From assembly GCA_965246715.1 (NCBI GenBank), contig CBDFFH010000038.1, positions 64,001 to 128,000 of the forward strand: 64,000 bases of DNA, written 5' to 3'. The notes beneath the pieces are model-generated. The model was not told the origin of the DNA. It worked only from the letters and a program-made list of their open reading frames with translations, and did no database searches. Source of the DNA: Chamaesiphon sp. GTDB taxonomy: Bacteria; Cyanobacteriota; Cyanobacteriia; Cyanobacteriales; Chamaesiphonaceae. A program made the translations under genes and the position numbers. Positions 20,776 to 30,931 of the stretch are shown piece after piece. Position 1 is the first letter of the stretch. The number at the start of each line of letters is the position of its first letter.

Positions 20776-20916
20776 ATGGATTATATCGAAAAGGTGCTGG
20801 AAAAATTGAAAGAGTGGGCTGGCAAACTGATTGAAGTATTGCTTGGCCCTGAAATGCAGCCCGAACCCGAGTTGATTCCCATTCCTGTCAACGAGCGGCG
20901 ACGGAACTCAAATTAG
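20776..20916 (+). CDS. Small (46 aa) protein, not in the ORF track
   Basis: GGAG upstream; [46 protein letters not shown]; resembles a conserved cyanobacterial [15 protein letters not shown] small protein. Confidence 0.75.
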   Translation: MDYIEKVLEKLKEWAGKLIEVLLGPEMQPEPELIPIPVNERRRNSN

Positions 20917-20921
20917 TCAAA

Positions 20922-21398
20922 ATGACCATCGATCTCAGCACTCGCAAGCTTAGTGTGCTTGTCTTACACGGCCCGAATCTCAATTTATTGGGATTACGCG
21001 AACCGGGGATTTATGGTGTCTCTACATTGACTGAGATCGACACTCGATTGGTAGAACTCGGGGAGTCCCTCAACACAAATATCCACTCATTCCAATCCAA
21101 CTATGAAGGTGGATTGGTCGATGCCATTCATGATGCCCGCGATCGGCATCAAGGCATTGTCATCAATGCAGCAGCTTATACACATACCAGTGTCGCGATC
21201 CGGGATGCGATCTCTGCCGTCCAGATTCCCACTGTTGAAGTACATCTAAGTAACATTTACAAACGCGAAGAATTTCGGCACCATTCCTATCTAGCAACCG
21301 TTGTCATCGGTCAGATTAGTGGCTTTGGCGCGCACAGCTATTATTTGGGATTACAAGCGATCGTGGCTTATTTAGAAGGGCTAGGCGTATCCCAATAG
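20922..21398 (+). CDS. aroQ: Type II 3-dehydroquinate dehydratase
   Basis: [36 protein letters not shown]. Confidence 0.97.
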   Translation: MTIDLSTRKLSVLVLHGPNLNLLGLREPGIYGVSTLTEIDTRLVELGESLNTNIHSFQSNYEGGLVDAIHDARDRHQGIVINAAAYTHTSVAIRDAISAVQIPTVEVHLSNIYKREEFRHHSYLATVVIGQISGFGAHSYYLGLQAIVAYLEGLGVSQ

Positions 21399-21407
21399 TC
21401 TGTCGGT

Positions 21408-23543
21408 TTACTTATCCCCAACCTGAGGACAATCGACGCGCTCTCCAGCAGCGAGGGAGTCCAGCGGGGATGCGCTGGCAGCTTTGCGATTTGGGGGCAG
21501 ACTGTCGCTAGCCGAAGGCGAGCGCGGTAATAGCAGCGAAAAAGTACTTCCTCGACCAAACTCGCTCTCAGCCCAGATTTGGCCGCCATGCTGCTGAACG
21601 ATACTACGGCAAATCGCTAATCCCAATCCCGTCCCTTCATTGTTGCGCGAGTCAGAGACATCCACCTGCTGGAACCGCTCGAAGATTAACTCCAATTTTT
21701 CTGGGGGAATGCCACGTCCGCAATCGCGCACTTGAAACAGCATCCTTCCCGCTTGTTTTGTCGAATTAAACCAAACAGTACTGCCTGGTGGCGAAAATTT
21801 AATCGCATTGCTGAGGAGATTGGTAAAAGTTTGAATTAAGCGATCGGCATCAACCCAAACTTGACCGCCAGCATCGCTAACTTTCAAGGAGATTCCAGCC
21901 TTGTCTGCTAACGGCTGAACCACATCGATCGCCTTTTCCATCAGATCCGCCACCGTCCAAATCGCCTTTACCATCATCACGGCACCCGACTCGATCCGCT
22001 CGATATCTAAAATATCATTGACTAGGCGCATCAACCGATCGGTACTATCCACTGCAATTGTCAATAGTCGCTGACCCTTATCGGATGTCGGATCTAATAA
22101 ACCACTGGCTAACATCGATAACGACCCATAAATCGATGTCAGCGGCGTTCGTAATTCGTGACTGACGATCGCGATAAACTCATCTTTCATCCGCTCGACC
22201 TGATGGCGTTCGGTCACGTCCAAAACCAACGAAAACACCGACTCCATTTGGCCGGAATTATCCCGCAAAATCGAGTTATACCATTCACAGTTAACGATCG
22301 TGCCATTTTGACGATAATTGCGATTGATGGTGACATTTTGCTCTTCCACCCCAGCAATCATCCGACTCATAATGCGATCGATCCGTTCGACATCTTCAGG
22401 GACGACAAATTCCCATTCATTGGGGCGCTTGCCGACAACTTCAGTCGCCGACCAGCCAAAGATTTTTTCCGCAGTCGCCGACCATCTCGCAACCCGAAAC
22501 TCGCGATCCCACTCGATTGTCGCTAGCGGAGAATTTTCAAAATGGAAATTTAATTTTTGTAAGGCATCACGCAAATTGTGCTCCGTCTGTTGACGCTCTG
22601 TAACATCTCGCAGAATTATAGTATATACCTGTTCCTGTCCCAGATTCAAATAAGAAATCGAAGCCTCGGCGGGAAACTCACTGCCATCAGATCTAATGCC
22701 GACAACTTGCTGGGGGTTTCCCCGCTGGCTGGAGCCATTGTGACCCGGATCGATCTTGCCTAGCGGCACGCGCTCGATCGCTGCGAGCTGTTGTGGCAAC
22801 AGGAGATCGAGCGATTTCCCGATTGCTTCAGCGGCACTATACCCAAAAATCTCTTCAGCACCTTGATTGAACAGCGTAATCGCGCGATCGCGATCGATTG
22901 CAATAATTGCATCGCTGGCAATTTCGAGAATCCCCGCAAACCGCGATCGGGAAATCTGTAATGCTGCTTCAACGCGGCGACGTTCGGCGAGTTCGAGTTG
23001 TAATCGATCGTTGATTTGTTGGAGGTCGCGCGTGCGGTCGATCGCCCGTTGCTCCCATTCGATTTTGGTTTGACGGAGGGTGGTCTCGGCGCGTTCGCGC
23101 TCGATCGCATAGCGGATCGAGCGCAACAATAAATTGCGATCGACTTGTCCCTTGATCAAATAATCTTGCGCTCCTTGTTGCATTGCTGACAGTGCTAGCG
23201 TTTCATCATCTAAGCCCGTCAAGACGATAATCGGAATATTGGCGGCTTGGCGATGGAGCGTTAGAAAAGAGGCGATTCCCTGACTATCCGGTAGCGATAG
23301 ATCGATTAAAATTACATCAAAAGGTGCTGGTGGGATGGAGATCGCACCAACAGGTGTCGGAGTGCAGGCTGCCAAGAGATCGAGCGCCACGGCTAAGGTC
23401 ATGGCGGGGGTAATTTGACACCTAGTAGTTGTAACTTCCCGGAGGATTTCCTGCAACAACCGGATATCGCCAGGATTATCTTCAACTAGCAAAATATTGA
23501 GAACAGTAATCATGCTGCTGTGCTCCAATTTAAAGTAATCCAT
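21408..23543 (-). CDS. Hybrid REC-PAS-PAS histidine kinase
   Basis: N-terminal receiver, two PAS domains, SHELRTPL H-box, N/G boxes; start may be 23513. Confidence 0.92.
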   Translation of the reverse strand: MDYFKLEHSSMITVLNILLVEDNPGDIRLLQEILREVTTTRCQITPAMTLAVALDLLAACTPTPVGAISIPPAPFDVILIDLSLPDSQGIASFLTLHRQAANIPIIVLTGLDDETLALSAMQQGAQDYLIKGQVDRNLLLRSIRYAIERERAETTLRQTKIEWEQRAIDRTRDLQQINDRLQLELAERRRVEAALQISRSRFAGILEIASDAIIAIDRDRAITLFNQGAEEIFGYSAAEAIGKSLDLLLPQQLAAIERVPLGKIDPGHNGSSQRGNPQQVVGIRSDGSEFPAEASISYLNLGQEQVYTIILRDVTERQQTEHNLRDALQKLNFHFENSPLATIEWDREFRVARWSATAEKIFGWSATEVVGKRPNEWEFVVPEDVERIDRIMSRMIAGVEEQNVTINRNYRQNGTIVNCEWYNSILRDNSGQMESVFSLVLDVTERHQVERMKDEFIAIVSHELRTPLTSIYGSLSMLASGLLDPTSDKGQRLLTIAVDSTDRLMRLVNDILDIERIESGAVMMVKAIWTVADLMEKAIDVVQPLADKAGISLKVSDAGGQVWVDADRLIQTFTNLLSNAIKFSPPGSTVWFNSTKQAGRMLFQVRDCGRGIPPEKLELIFERFQQVDVSDSRNNEGTGLGLAICRSIVQQHGGQIWAESEFGRGSTFSLLLPRSPSASDSLPPNRKAASASPLDSLAAGERVDCPQVGDK

Positions 23544-23570
23544 TTCTTGGCGCTACGCTCCGTGCGGCCA

Positions 23571-24035
23571 TTATTCTGGGGGTAATTGCACGGTCGTAAA
23601 CCAAAAATCTTCGATCGATTGGATAATCCGTACGAATTGTTGAAAATCCAGCGGTTTGGTAATGTAACAATTAGCGCGGAGGTTGTAGGCTTTGAGAATG
23701 TCTTCCTCAGATTGGGAAGTAGTCAGGACGACTACTGGAATTCGCTGTAGTTTTTCGTCTGCTTTGATCTCACCTAACACTTCGCGACCATCCTTGCGTG
23801 GTAAATTCCAATCTAACAAAATCAAATCGGGATGGACAGCCTGATGATATTCTCCGTGACGGTGAAGAAAATTCATCGCTTCGACCCCATCCGATACTAC
23901 ACTTAAATTGACATCGATTTCTCGTAGCTCGTGTGCTACCTGAAGCCGATCTGCCAGCGCGATTCGGGTCAGGTTAACGTCTCCAGGGTTATCTTCTACG
24001 AGTAAAATTTCAATAGTGCGGCGATTTATCGGCAT
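23571..24035 (-). CDS. Single-domain response regulator, Rcp1-like
   Basis: [37 protein letters not shown]. Confidence 0.93.
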   Translation of the reverse strand: MPINRRTIEILLVEDNPGDVNLTRIALADRLQVAHELREIDVNLSVVSDGVEAMNFLHRHGEYHQAVHPDLILLDWNLPRKDGREVLGEIKADEKLQRIPVVVLTTSQSEEDILKAYNLRANCYITKPLDFQQFVRIIQSIEDFWFTTVQLPPE

Positions 24036-26358
24036 GTTGAGGAGGATTACTACCTACCTCTGGGATTATAAAGGAAAATACCGACCCCCGATCGTTTGGA
24101 TCCGAAGCGCCAATCTCTGGGGTAGATTCGACCCAAATTTTACCACCATGCCGTTCGACAATTTTTTTGCAGATCGCTAAACCCACACCAGTACCTGGAT
24201 AATCGATCCGCGTATGCAGTCGCTGAAAGATTGCAAAAATGCGATCGAGATATTGCGCTTCGATGCCAATCCCATTATCGGCAACCAGAAAACACCAAGC
24301 AGATGTCGCCATCAGCTCGCCAGTAGGTGGCGATCGCCAGTTGGTGCTTTGCTCGACGGTCGCCACTTCCGACTTCTGGGCGCTGATGTGAATTTGTGGG
24401 AAGATTTCCCGCCGTCGAAATTTAATCGCATTAGCAATCAAATTTTGAAATAATTGGGTCAATTGAGTTGCATCGCCCCAAACTTCTGGCAGTGGATCGA
24501 ACGTAATCTTTGCATCACTCTCGATAATCGCAACGTGTAGGTTGGAAATGGCATCTTGAAGCACGCTGTTAGTATTAACTAACTCGAATGGCTGTGCGCG
24601 GCTGCTAACGCGGGCATAGCTCAGTAATGCTTGAATCAGCGCCTGCATTCTCACTGCGCCGTCTACAGCGTAACCGATAAATTCTTGAGCATCATCATCC
24701 AACCGATCTTGGTAGCGACGCTCTAAGAGTTGAAGATAACTAATCACCATCCGGAGCGGCTCTTGCAAGTCATGGGAAGCAATATGCGCGAATTGTTCTA
24801 ATTCAGCATTCGATCGGGTCAGTTCTTGGCGCTGGAGTTGCTCTTGTTCGAGTAATTGCGCTTGAGCGAGAGCGATCCCGATTTGTGTGGCGAGTCGTGC
24901 CATGATTTCTAATTCGTTTGGCTGCCATTGGCGAGGCGATTGACATTGATGCACGATCAGCAGTCCCCACAATTCTTCGCGCAGATGAATCGGCACGATC
25001 GAACTAGCTTTGACCCCAAACTGCTGGAGAAATTTGATATAACAAGGTTGAAATCCGGCGCTGGTAATGTCGGCAACCGTATAAATTCGGCCTTGTTGGT
25101 ATTTGGCATGATAAGTGCGATCGAAACAAGGATCGATAATTTTGCTATTCATCGCGCTCGGATAGTCCGGTAAAACTCGCTCCTGTAACACCTTCCCGGT
25201 ACCATCTGCTGCCAGCCGAAAAATTAATACGCGATCGACTGCCAAGAGTTTTTGGACTTCATCGACAGCAGTTTGTAAAATTTCTTCTAATTGTAAGGAC
25301 TGCCGAATTTTTTGAGAGATTTCTGCCGATAGCTTAGCCTGTTGTCGCAGTCGCAGTCGATCGCTAATATCGATCGGTGTCCATCGACTCATGAGATAAT
25401 TGCCCAATTTGTCCTTAACCACAACCGCTGTTGCACTTACTGGAACAATCCGTCCATCTTTATGCAATATTTGAAATTCTAGATCGCGAATCCAACCTTG
25501 CTGTTTCAAGATTGAAAAATTGTCCTGAAAAATCTGACTACTCTCTGGGGTTAACAAATCGACAAAGCTTTTTTTACCAACAAGTTCTTGTTCCGTATAT
25601 CCCAACATTTGCAACTCGGTACGATTGATCCGGATGAACTTTCCGGCAGCATCTAGAGAATGGTAACCGCAGGGAGCGCTATGATACAACTCTTCAAATT
25701 CTGCTACGTAATCTTGCAGTTTAGTTTCAGCTTGTTGCCGCTTGGTTAAGTCGTGATTTACCAATATATAGAGCACTGTTAGTAGTAGTAAATCTAATAA
25801 ACCAGATATACCAAAAGCAATTTTGGTATCGGCTAAACTTTGATACGAGCCTGCTTGCAATCGCCGGAGATTCAAGCGTTCCGTGCGATCTAGCTCGGCA
25901 ACAATCTGCCGAATTTCATTAATTAATTGCTGTCCCTGGTTGGATAAAGCAAATTGTCGATCTAGTGCGAGTGGTCGGACTTGTCGTTTATCGATCGTTT
26001 TTGTTATCTCACTGAGTTTACTTTCGATGCTTGTTGTGAAGGGAGCTAATCGTTGGCGATCGAAATTCAAATCTGCTAGTATTTTTAACCGCTCGCGGAG
26101 TTTACTCAGATCGATACGATGCGATTCTAGATATTGGGGATTACTTGTTAATAAATACTCACGTTGCCCCATTTGAAGATCCTTCAACGTATCGAGCATA
26201 TTATCTAAAACAGTCAGCAAGTCATTAGAGTGAACCTCCGATCGATTATTTTCAGCAATCGTACTAATGCTTTGATAAGCAACTCCAGCATTGAGAATTA
26301 ACACCAGCAAGGTAGTTACAAAGCCGAGCGATACATGGGGAGACGTGAGATTTTTCAT
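24010..26358 (-). CDS. CHASE3-PAS-GAF (DXCF cyanobacteriochrome) histidine kinase
   Basis: TM-CHASE3-TM, PAS, GAF with DPCF and [13 protein letters not shown]-box. Confidence 0.88.
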   Translation of the reverse strand: MKNLTSPHVSLGFVTTLLVLILNAGVAYQSISTIAENNRSEVHSNDLLTVLDNMLDTLKDLQMGQREYLLTSNPQYLESHRIDLSKLRERLKILADLNFDRQRLAPFTTSIESKLSEITKTIDKRQVRPLALDRQFALSNQGQQLINEIRQIVAELDRTERLNLRRLQAGSYQSLADTKIAFGISGLLDLLLLTVLYILVNHDLTKRQQAETKLQDYVAEFEELYHSAPCGYHSLDAAGKFIRINRTELQMLGYTEQELVGKKSFVDLLTPESSQIFQDNFSILKQQGWIRDLEFQILHKDGRIVPVSATAVVVKDKLGNYLMSRWTPIDISDRLRLRQQAKLSAEISQKIRQSLQLEEILQTAVDEVQKLLAVDRVLIFRLAADGTGKVLQERVLPDYPSAMNSKIIDPCFDRTYHAKYQQGRIYTVADITSAGFQPCYIKFLQQFGVKASSIVPIHLREELWGLLIVHQCQSPRQWQPNELEIMARLATQIGIALAQAQLLEQEQLQRQELTRSNAELEQFAHIASHDLQEPLRMVISYLQLLERRYQDRLDDDAQEFIGYAVDGAVRMQALIQALLSYARVSSRAQPFELVNTNSVLQDAISNLHVAIIESDAKITFDPLPEVWGDATQLTQLFQNLIANAIKFRRREIFPQIHISAQKSEVATVEQSTNWRSPPTGELMATSAWCFLVADNGIGIEAQYLDRIFAIFQRLHTRIDYPGTGVGLAICKKIVERHGGKIWVESTPEIGASDPNDRGSVFSFIIPEVGSNPPQHADKSPHY

Positions 26359-26576
26359 CCGACTATTGTTGCTGGCTATTCACTAGAAGAATTCGAGATA
26401 GCCCTAAAATGATAACATTCTCCCATATGACAATCTTTGTGCTGGGTTACTGGCACTCATCCGAGGGTAAAGGTTAAGAATTCCCATCTCCTGTTCCCCT
26501 GCTCTTGTCGAGCGGATCGGAACTAGCAACTTGCTTTAGTAGTGTAGTCGGTTGGCGCAAATACTCAAGCTGGCAA

Positions 26577-27911
26577 TTAGCCGATCCCAGCCACATTTAG
26601 GATCGACATGCGCGTCCACAGTGCTTTTTGACGATAGACTGCGCTGACATGAGATTGACAGGCACGATAGAACATAAAATCGGCCAAGACCATATGCTCG
26701 TCTGAATCTAATAGCAGATCGACCAACGATCGCGCGATGCCTGGATCTTGGGCGGTAAACGCTCCTGCCATCAGCGAATCGATCGCTTGGCGGATCTCGG
26801 GATAATATTTGTAGTAATTATATGGATCGTAGCCATACTCTCTAAACATAGCGATTTCGGGGATTGCGAGTCCGAAAGAGAAGCAGTTATCTGCGCCAAC
26901 TGTTTGCTGAAGGAGATGGTTGGCTTTACTCATGCTGGAGATCGACAGCGCCCCGTTAACTGACAATTTGAGCTGATTTAGATCCACATCTTCCATTCCA
27001 GCGGTAGCAATCCGTTCGGTCAGTTCTGCTGCACAATACAGTTGGTCGATTAGTCCAGCCGTTTGGGGCAGATAAACTACCTGCAATTTACCTCGGACAT
27101 CCGGATCTGTTGCCAATGTCTGTGCTAATGCGGTAATTAAGATCGAGATCGAGCGAGCATTTGGTTGCAGGCTGACATCGTTCGGCTCATCTAGTTCCAA
27201 AACTTGCAGTTTGGGTTCGCTGACATCGGCAAAAATAAAGGTTCGGGGCACGATATCGATTACCGGCTGTGCCTTGATTTGCTGATACAGGTTAATAATA
27301 TGCAAAATATTCAACAATTGCCGCTGACGACCGACGATCGGTTGCAGATGGAGATCGAACAGCGAATCTACATCGATTTCAATGCCCTGAGCGCGGTACA
27401 ACGCATCTGCGAAGATTTGCTTATTAATTCGTTCGATCGTCTGCCATTGGGATTGAAAATCAGCATCGTCAGCAAACGTCACTAACTGCTGAAGATCTTC
27501 GCCATGCGTCATCCAGCGATCGCCGATCGCTACTGTGACTAAGCTAGCTAACCGGGGATTTTTTGTCAGCAGCCATTGCCGAGGACTTACTACTTCGGTA
27601 GTCCGCGATCGCGGTTCTAGGGCGATATTGCCGCGCGACTTATTTTTTCGCGCTCGACGTTCCGGCTCCCACGATCCAGTCTGTCGCCACGGCTGAGTGT
27701 GAATTGGCACGATGTTGGTCGCGTGCTGACGATCGGGATGCCATTGGCGTGGAGTTTCCGTCCCAGGGGCTTGGCTGTTTCGCAATAGTGCTACGCTGAT
27801 GTTTGTCCGAGAGCTAATATTTTCAATCATGACTAATTTCCTTAGCGGTGCATTATCCAACTGAGAATTTCGATCCCTAAAGGGGGAAACTTTAGATGAA
27901 CAACTTTTCAA
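26577..27911 (-). CDS. Truncated, degenerate glycogen phosphorylase-like protein
   Basis: SLFD, RQLLNILHI, VPRTFIF, DNCFSFGL, DEHMVLADF, WTRMSILNVA match the C-terminal half of GlgP; start 27911 or 27830. Confidence 0.75.
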   Translation of the reverse strand: MKSCSSKVSPFRDRNSQLDNAPLRKLVMIENISSRTNISVALLRNSQAPGTETPRQWHPDRQHATNIVPIHTQPWRQTGSWEPERRARKNKSRGNIALEPRSRTTEVVSPRQWLLTKNPRLASLVTVAIGDRWMTHGEDLQQLVTFADDADFQSQWQTIERINKQIFADALYRAQGIEIDVDSLFDLHLQPIVGRQRQLLNILHIINLYQQIKAQPVIDIVPRTFIFADVSEPKLQVLELDEPNDVSLQPNARSISILITALAQTLATDPDVRGKLQVVYLPQTAGLIDQLYCAAELTERIATAGMEDVDLNQLKLSVNGALSISSMSKANHLLQQTVGADNCFSFGLAIPEIAMFREYGYDPYNYYKYYPEIRQAIDSLMAGAFTAQDPGIARSLVDLLLDSDEHMVLADFMFYRACQSHVSAVYRQKALWTRMSILNVAGIG

Positions 27912-28011
27912 CTTAACTATTTGACCAAGATATTAACCGACAAGCTTGAGGAACTTGTGAGGATCGCGCTAAAATCCGAACAAATATTCGATCGCGACCG
28001 TTAGATTACAC

Positions 28012-28407
28012 ATGAGAGATATTGCTGGTAGAGCTACTCCAATCCTGGGGATCGCCCTCTTGGGCTTATTCCTGGCGATCCCGAGTAGCGCAATTAAGCC
28101 CGATCGACCGAATCCTGATGCACTGAGTCGGCGAAATATGCCAACCACAGGCAAGGTAGTGAAATTTACCCAGGGCGATCTGATGTGTTATGTCGATTTA
28201 ATCGATGCCAGTGGCAAGCAGCATAACATTGGAGCCGATTTTGCCATCTGCGATCGGACTGAATTTTTAAATAAAAAAGTAAGACTGATTTACAAGCGGA
28301 TTCGGGTCAATGATTGTCAGAGTAACGAACCATGTGGAAAAACTCGCCTGAAAAATGCGATTGTCAAGATGAGATTAGTTAGTTCAAAAAGCCGATCGTC
28401 GCGCTGA
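28012..28407 (+). CDS. Secreted hypothetical protein with conserved Cys
   Basis: Signal peptide; GDLMCYV, GADFAIC, DCQSNEPCGKT. Confidence 0.7.
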   Translation: MRDIAGRATPILGIALLGLFLAIPSSAIKPDRPNPDALSRRNMPTTGKVVKFTQGDLMCYVDLIDASGKQHNIGADFAICDRTEFLNKKVRLIYKRIRVNDCQSNEPCGKTRLKNAIVKMRLVSSKSRSSR

Positions 28408-28419
28408 CGATCGATTGAG

Positions 28420-28980
28420 TTACGATGTTGGCTTAATTTCGGCGATCGCATAACGAACCGCGATCGGCGTAAGCTGCACAACGAGACGATCGATCGTCTC
28501 GCGCTCTAATTGCGTCCAGATTCTAGGTCGATCGAATACACAAGGCTGTAAAACTCCCCACAGCTGGCGATCTTGGCACAAATGTGCGTGAATCAGCGCG
28601 CGATGCCCAAAATTTTCGGCTTCAAACTGCCGATTTACAACTCGATCGCTCGCAGTCTGCACGTCTTCAACAAAAATCGACGGCTCCGTTCGCACCGCCG
28701 CTGCAAACATCGGATCTTCGCTAGTTAGCGACTCTGGTTCGAGCTGCCAAGTTTCGTTATAGATCTCTGGAATCGCTGCATTCTTTCGCCAGCAAAAGGG
28801 CACACCACCCCACCGCGTGTGCGGATCGCGTAGATACAAAAAACAGCGATCGCATTGCAAAAATTCACCTATAGCAGGCATCAATTCGGAAAATAATGCT
28901 TGAGGAGTTGGAGATTGGATCAGAATCCGCGCGATCGCATCGGGCAAGTTTTCTAAGCTGGTTGGGTTTAGATCCATCAT
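28420..28980 (-). CDS. Stand-alone GAF domain protein
   Basis: LQCDRCFLY, EDPMFAAA, FGHRALIHAHL...LWGVLQPC. Confidence 0.85.
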   Translation of the reverse strand: MMDLNPTSLENLPDAIARILIQSPTPQALFSELMPAIGEFLQCDRCFLYLRDPHTRWGGVPFCWRKNAAIPEIYNETWQLEPESLTSEDPMFAAAVRTEPSIFVEDVQTASDRVVNRQFEAENFGHRALIHAHLCQDRQLWGVLQPCVFDRPRIWTQLERETIDRLVVQLTPIAVRYAIAEIKPTS

Positions 28981-28996
28981 AATTATCTACGCTAAT

Positions 28997-29237
28997 TTAA
29001 CCTGAGTTCGGGATAAGGATTTCCGTTCGTGTAGCGTACCATCGGTAATCGATGACTCCTAGCTTCATTTCCAGACCGCCCTCAAATGAATTAGTTGCTC
29101 ATAGCAAAAGTTCGTTTTAACGAACTAACTGATTTGGCAGTTCTCTGAAGAGAACTTTTGCTGTTAGCCCGAACTTCTAGTTCAGGGCGGTGGTTGAGCG
29201 AAGCAGATCGGTTTTCCTTAACCCGAACTCACGTTAA
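28997..29237. mobile_element. MITE-like element, terminus type B with a different hairpin core
   Basis: ttaacctgagttcgggataag ... cttaacccgaactcacgttaa (21-bp TIR, 2 mismatches); internal ccgccct...agggcgg long stem. Confidence 0.75.
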
Positions 29238-29389
29238 TTTATGTTGCTTTATCGACCGATCTGCGTCTTTTCCAGCAGTCAACAGTAACTGCGACTGCGA
29301 CTGCGGTTGCCACAACTGGTGGCTCGTTCTTGCTCCCCCTCCTTTAAATTTTAACTCGCTGACAACTGCTGTCTCAATTTGGATCGACA

Positions 29390-30739
29390 TTAATCTCGAT
29401 CGGGTGGCTGGGCGATGTTGGTTTCAGACGACAAGTCCGATCTCGGCTCCACTGGCGCTGCCATACTACCGATTTCGACTTCGGCAATACTCAAGCCCTG
29501 TTGATGTGCGAGGGCAGTATGTTTGCTCGCACCGACTCGCTGAGCGCGATAAATCCCCGTGTGTCCCGAGCAGAGATAACTGATGATGCAGGCAATCGCG
29601 GCATAACTTCCCGCTGCAGCCCCAAATAACTCGATCGCCATCATCGTTGCCGCCACGGGCGTATTCGCCGCACCTGCAAATACACCGACAAAACCCATCC
29701 CAGCAAGTAATGGTGTGGGCAGTGGCAACAACGGCGCGAGCGCATTACCTAATGTCGCACCGATATAAAATAACGGCGTTACTTCACCACCCTTAAATCC
29801 CGCCCCGAGCGTCAGCGCGGTAAAGCCAATTTTGGCGGCGAAGTCCCAAGGTGGTAGTTGAGTAGTAAAGGCACTCAAGATCGTTGGAATCCCCAAACCG
29901 ACATATTTAGTCGTCCCAACTGCGGCAATCGCCAGCGCTACGAAGAACCCGCCGATAACTGGACGGAAGGGTGGGTAGCTAATTTGTGCCTTGAAATAAC
30001 TACCGATCCGATGTGTTAGTTGTGTAAATACCCTTGCTGTCAGTCCAAATAATCCCCCTGCCACGATCGCTGTCAGTAGCCCCCAGATCGTCATTTGGGG
30101 TACTGCTGGAATTAAATAGACCGTGTGATGTAAACCCCAAGCTAACGTCACGCGATCGCCAACGATTGACGCGATCGCACATGCAAACAATCCCTCGTAG
30201 CTAAATTTCCCAAACGCTAAGACTTCCAATCCAAACAACATGCCTGCCAATGGCGTACCAAAGACCGAGCCAAATCCACCGCTAATCCCCGCCATCAATA
30301 CGATCCGCCGATCTCTAGCCCCGAGTCGAAATATCAGTGCCACCCGATCGGCAAGTGCCGCACCCATTTGTAATGCCGTCCCCTCACGCCCCGCAGAGCC
30401 ACCAACCAGATGCGCGATCGTCGTGCCGACTAGTACTAGCGGTGCCATCCGGAGTGGAATCGTCGCCTGAGGATTGTGAATTTCTTCCAGCAGCAAGTTA
30501 TTGCCTGCTTCAACACTCCGCCCCCAGTAATGGTACATTAGCCCACTCAGCAGCCCACCAAGGGGTAATAGCCAAATTATCCACAGATGAGCTTCCCGCC
30601 ATGCTGTGGCCCATTCCAATGCCGCGAGGAGGACTGCCGATGCCATGCCAGTAAGCGTGCCGACGCTAACGCCGATCGCTAGCCACTTAACTAAGTCGCG
30701 AAGCTGCCATTCCCACTCGGATTTCACCGCTCTACTCAT
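29390..30739 (-). CDS. CLC-family channel, CLC-F (fluoride exporter) subtype
   Basis: GNNLL, GREGT and GEVTP signature motifs of the CLC-F clade. Confidence 0.88.
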   Translation of the reverse strand: MSRAVKSEWEWQLRDLVKWLAIGVSVGTLTGMASAVLLAALEWATAWREAHLWIIWLLPLGGLLSGLMYHYWGRSVEAGNNLLLEEIHNPQATIPLRMAPLVLVGTTIAHLVGGSAGREGTALQMGAALADRVALIFRLGARDRRIVLMAGISGGFGSVFGTPLAGMLFGLEVLAFGKFSYEGLFACAIASIVGDRVTLAWGLHHTVYLIPAVPQMTIWGLLTAIVAGGLFGLTARVFTQLTHRIGSYFKAQISYPPFRPVIGGFFVALAIAAVGTTKYVGLGIPTILSAFTTQLPPWDFAAKIGFTALTLGAGFKGGEVTPLFYIGATLGNALAPLLPLPTPLLAGMGFVGVFAGAANTPVAATMMAIELFGAAAGSYAAIACIISYLCSGHTGIYRAQRVGASKHTALAHQQGLSIAEVEIGSMAAPVEPRSDLSSETNIAQPPDRD

Positions 30740-30931
30740 TTAATTTGCTTGGAATCGAACTATTCTTGGTATGTGAAATGCAGAGCGAAGATACTAAAAA
30801 CGATCGCAAGTTAGCCTCGATCGGGAATAATTACGATAGTAACGAGGTAACATAGAGATTAACGCATAAATCTGTTACTGCCGAACATTATCCCTACAGC
30901 ACGATTACATCCATAGGAGTAGTAAATCAAC

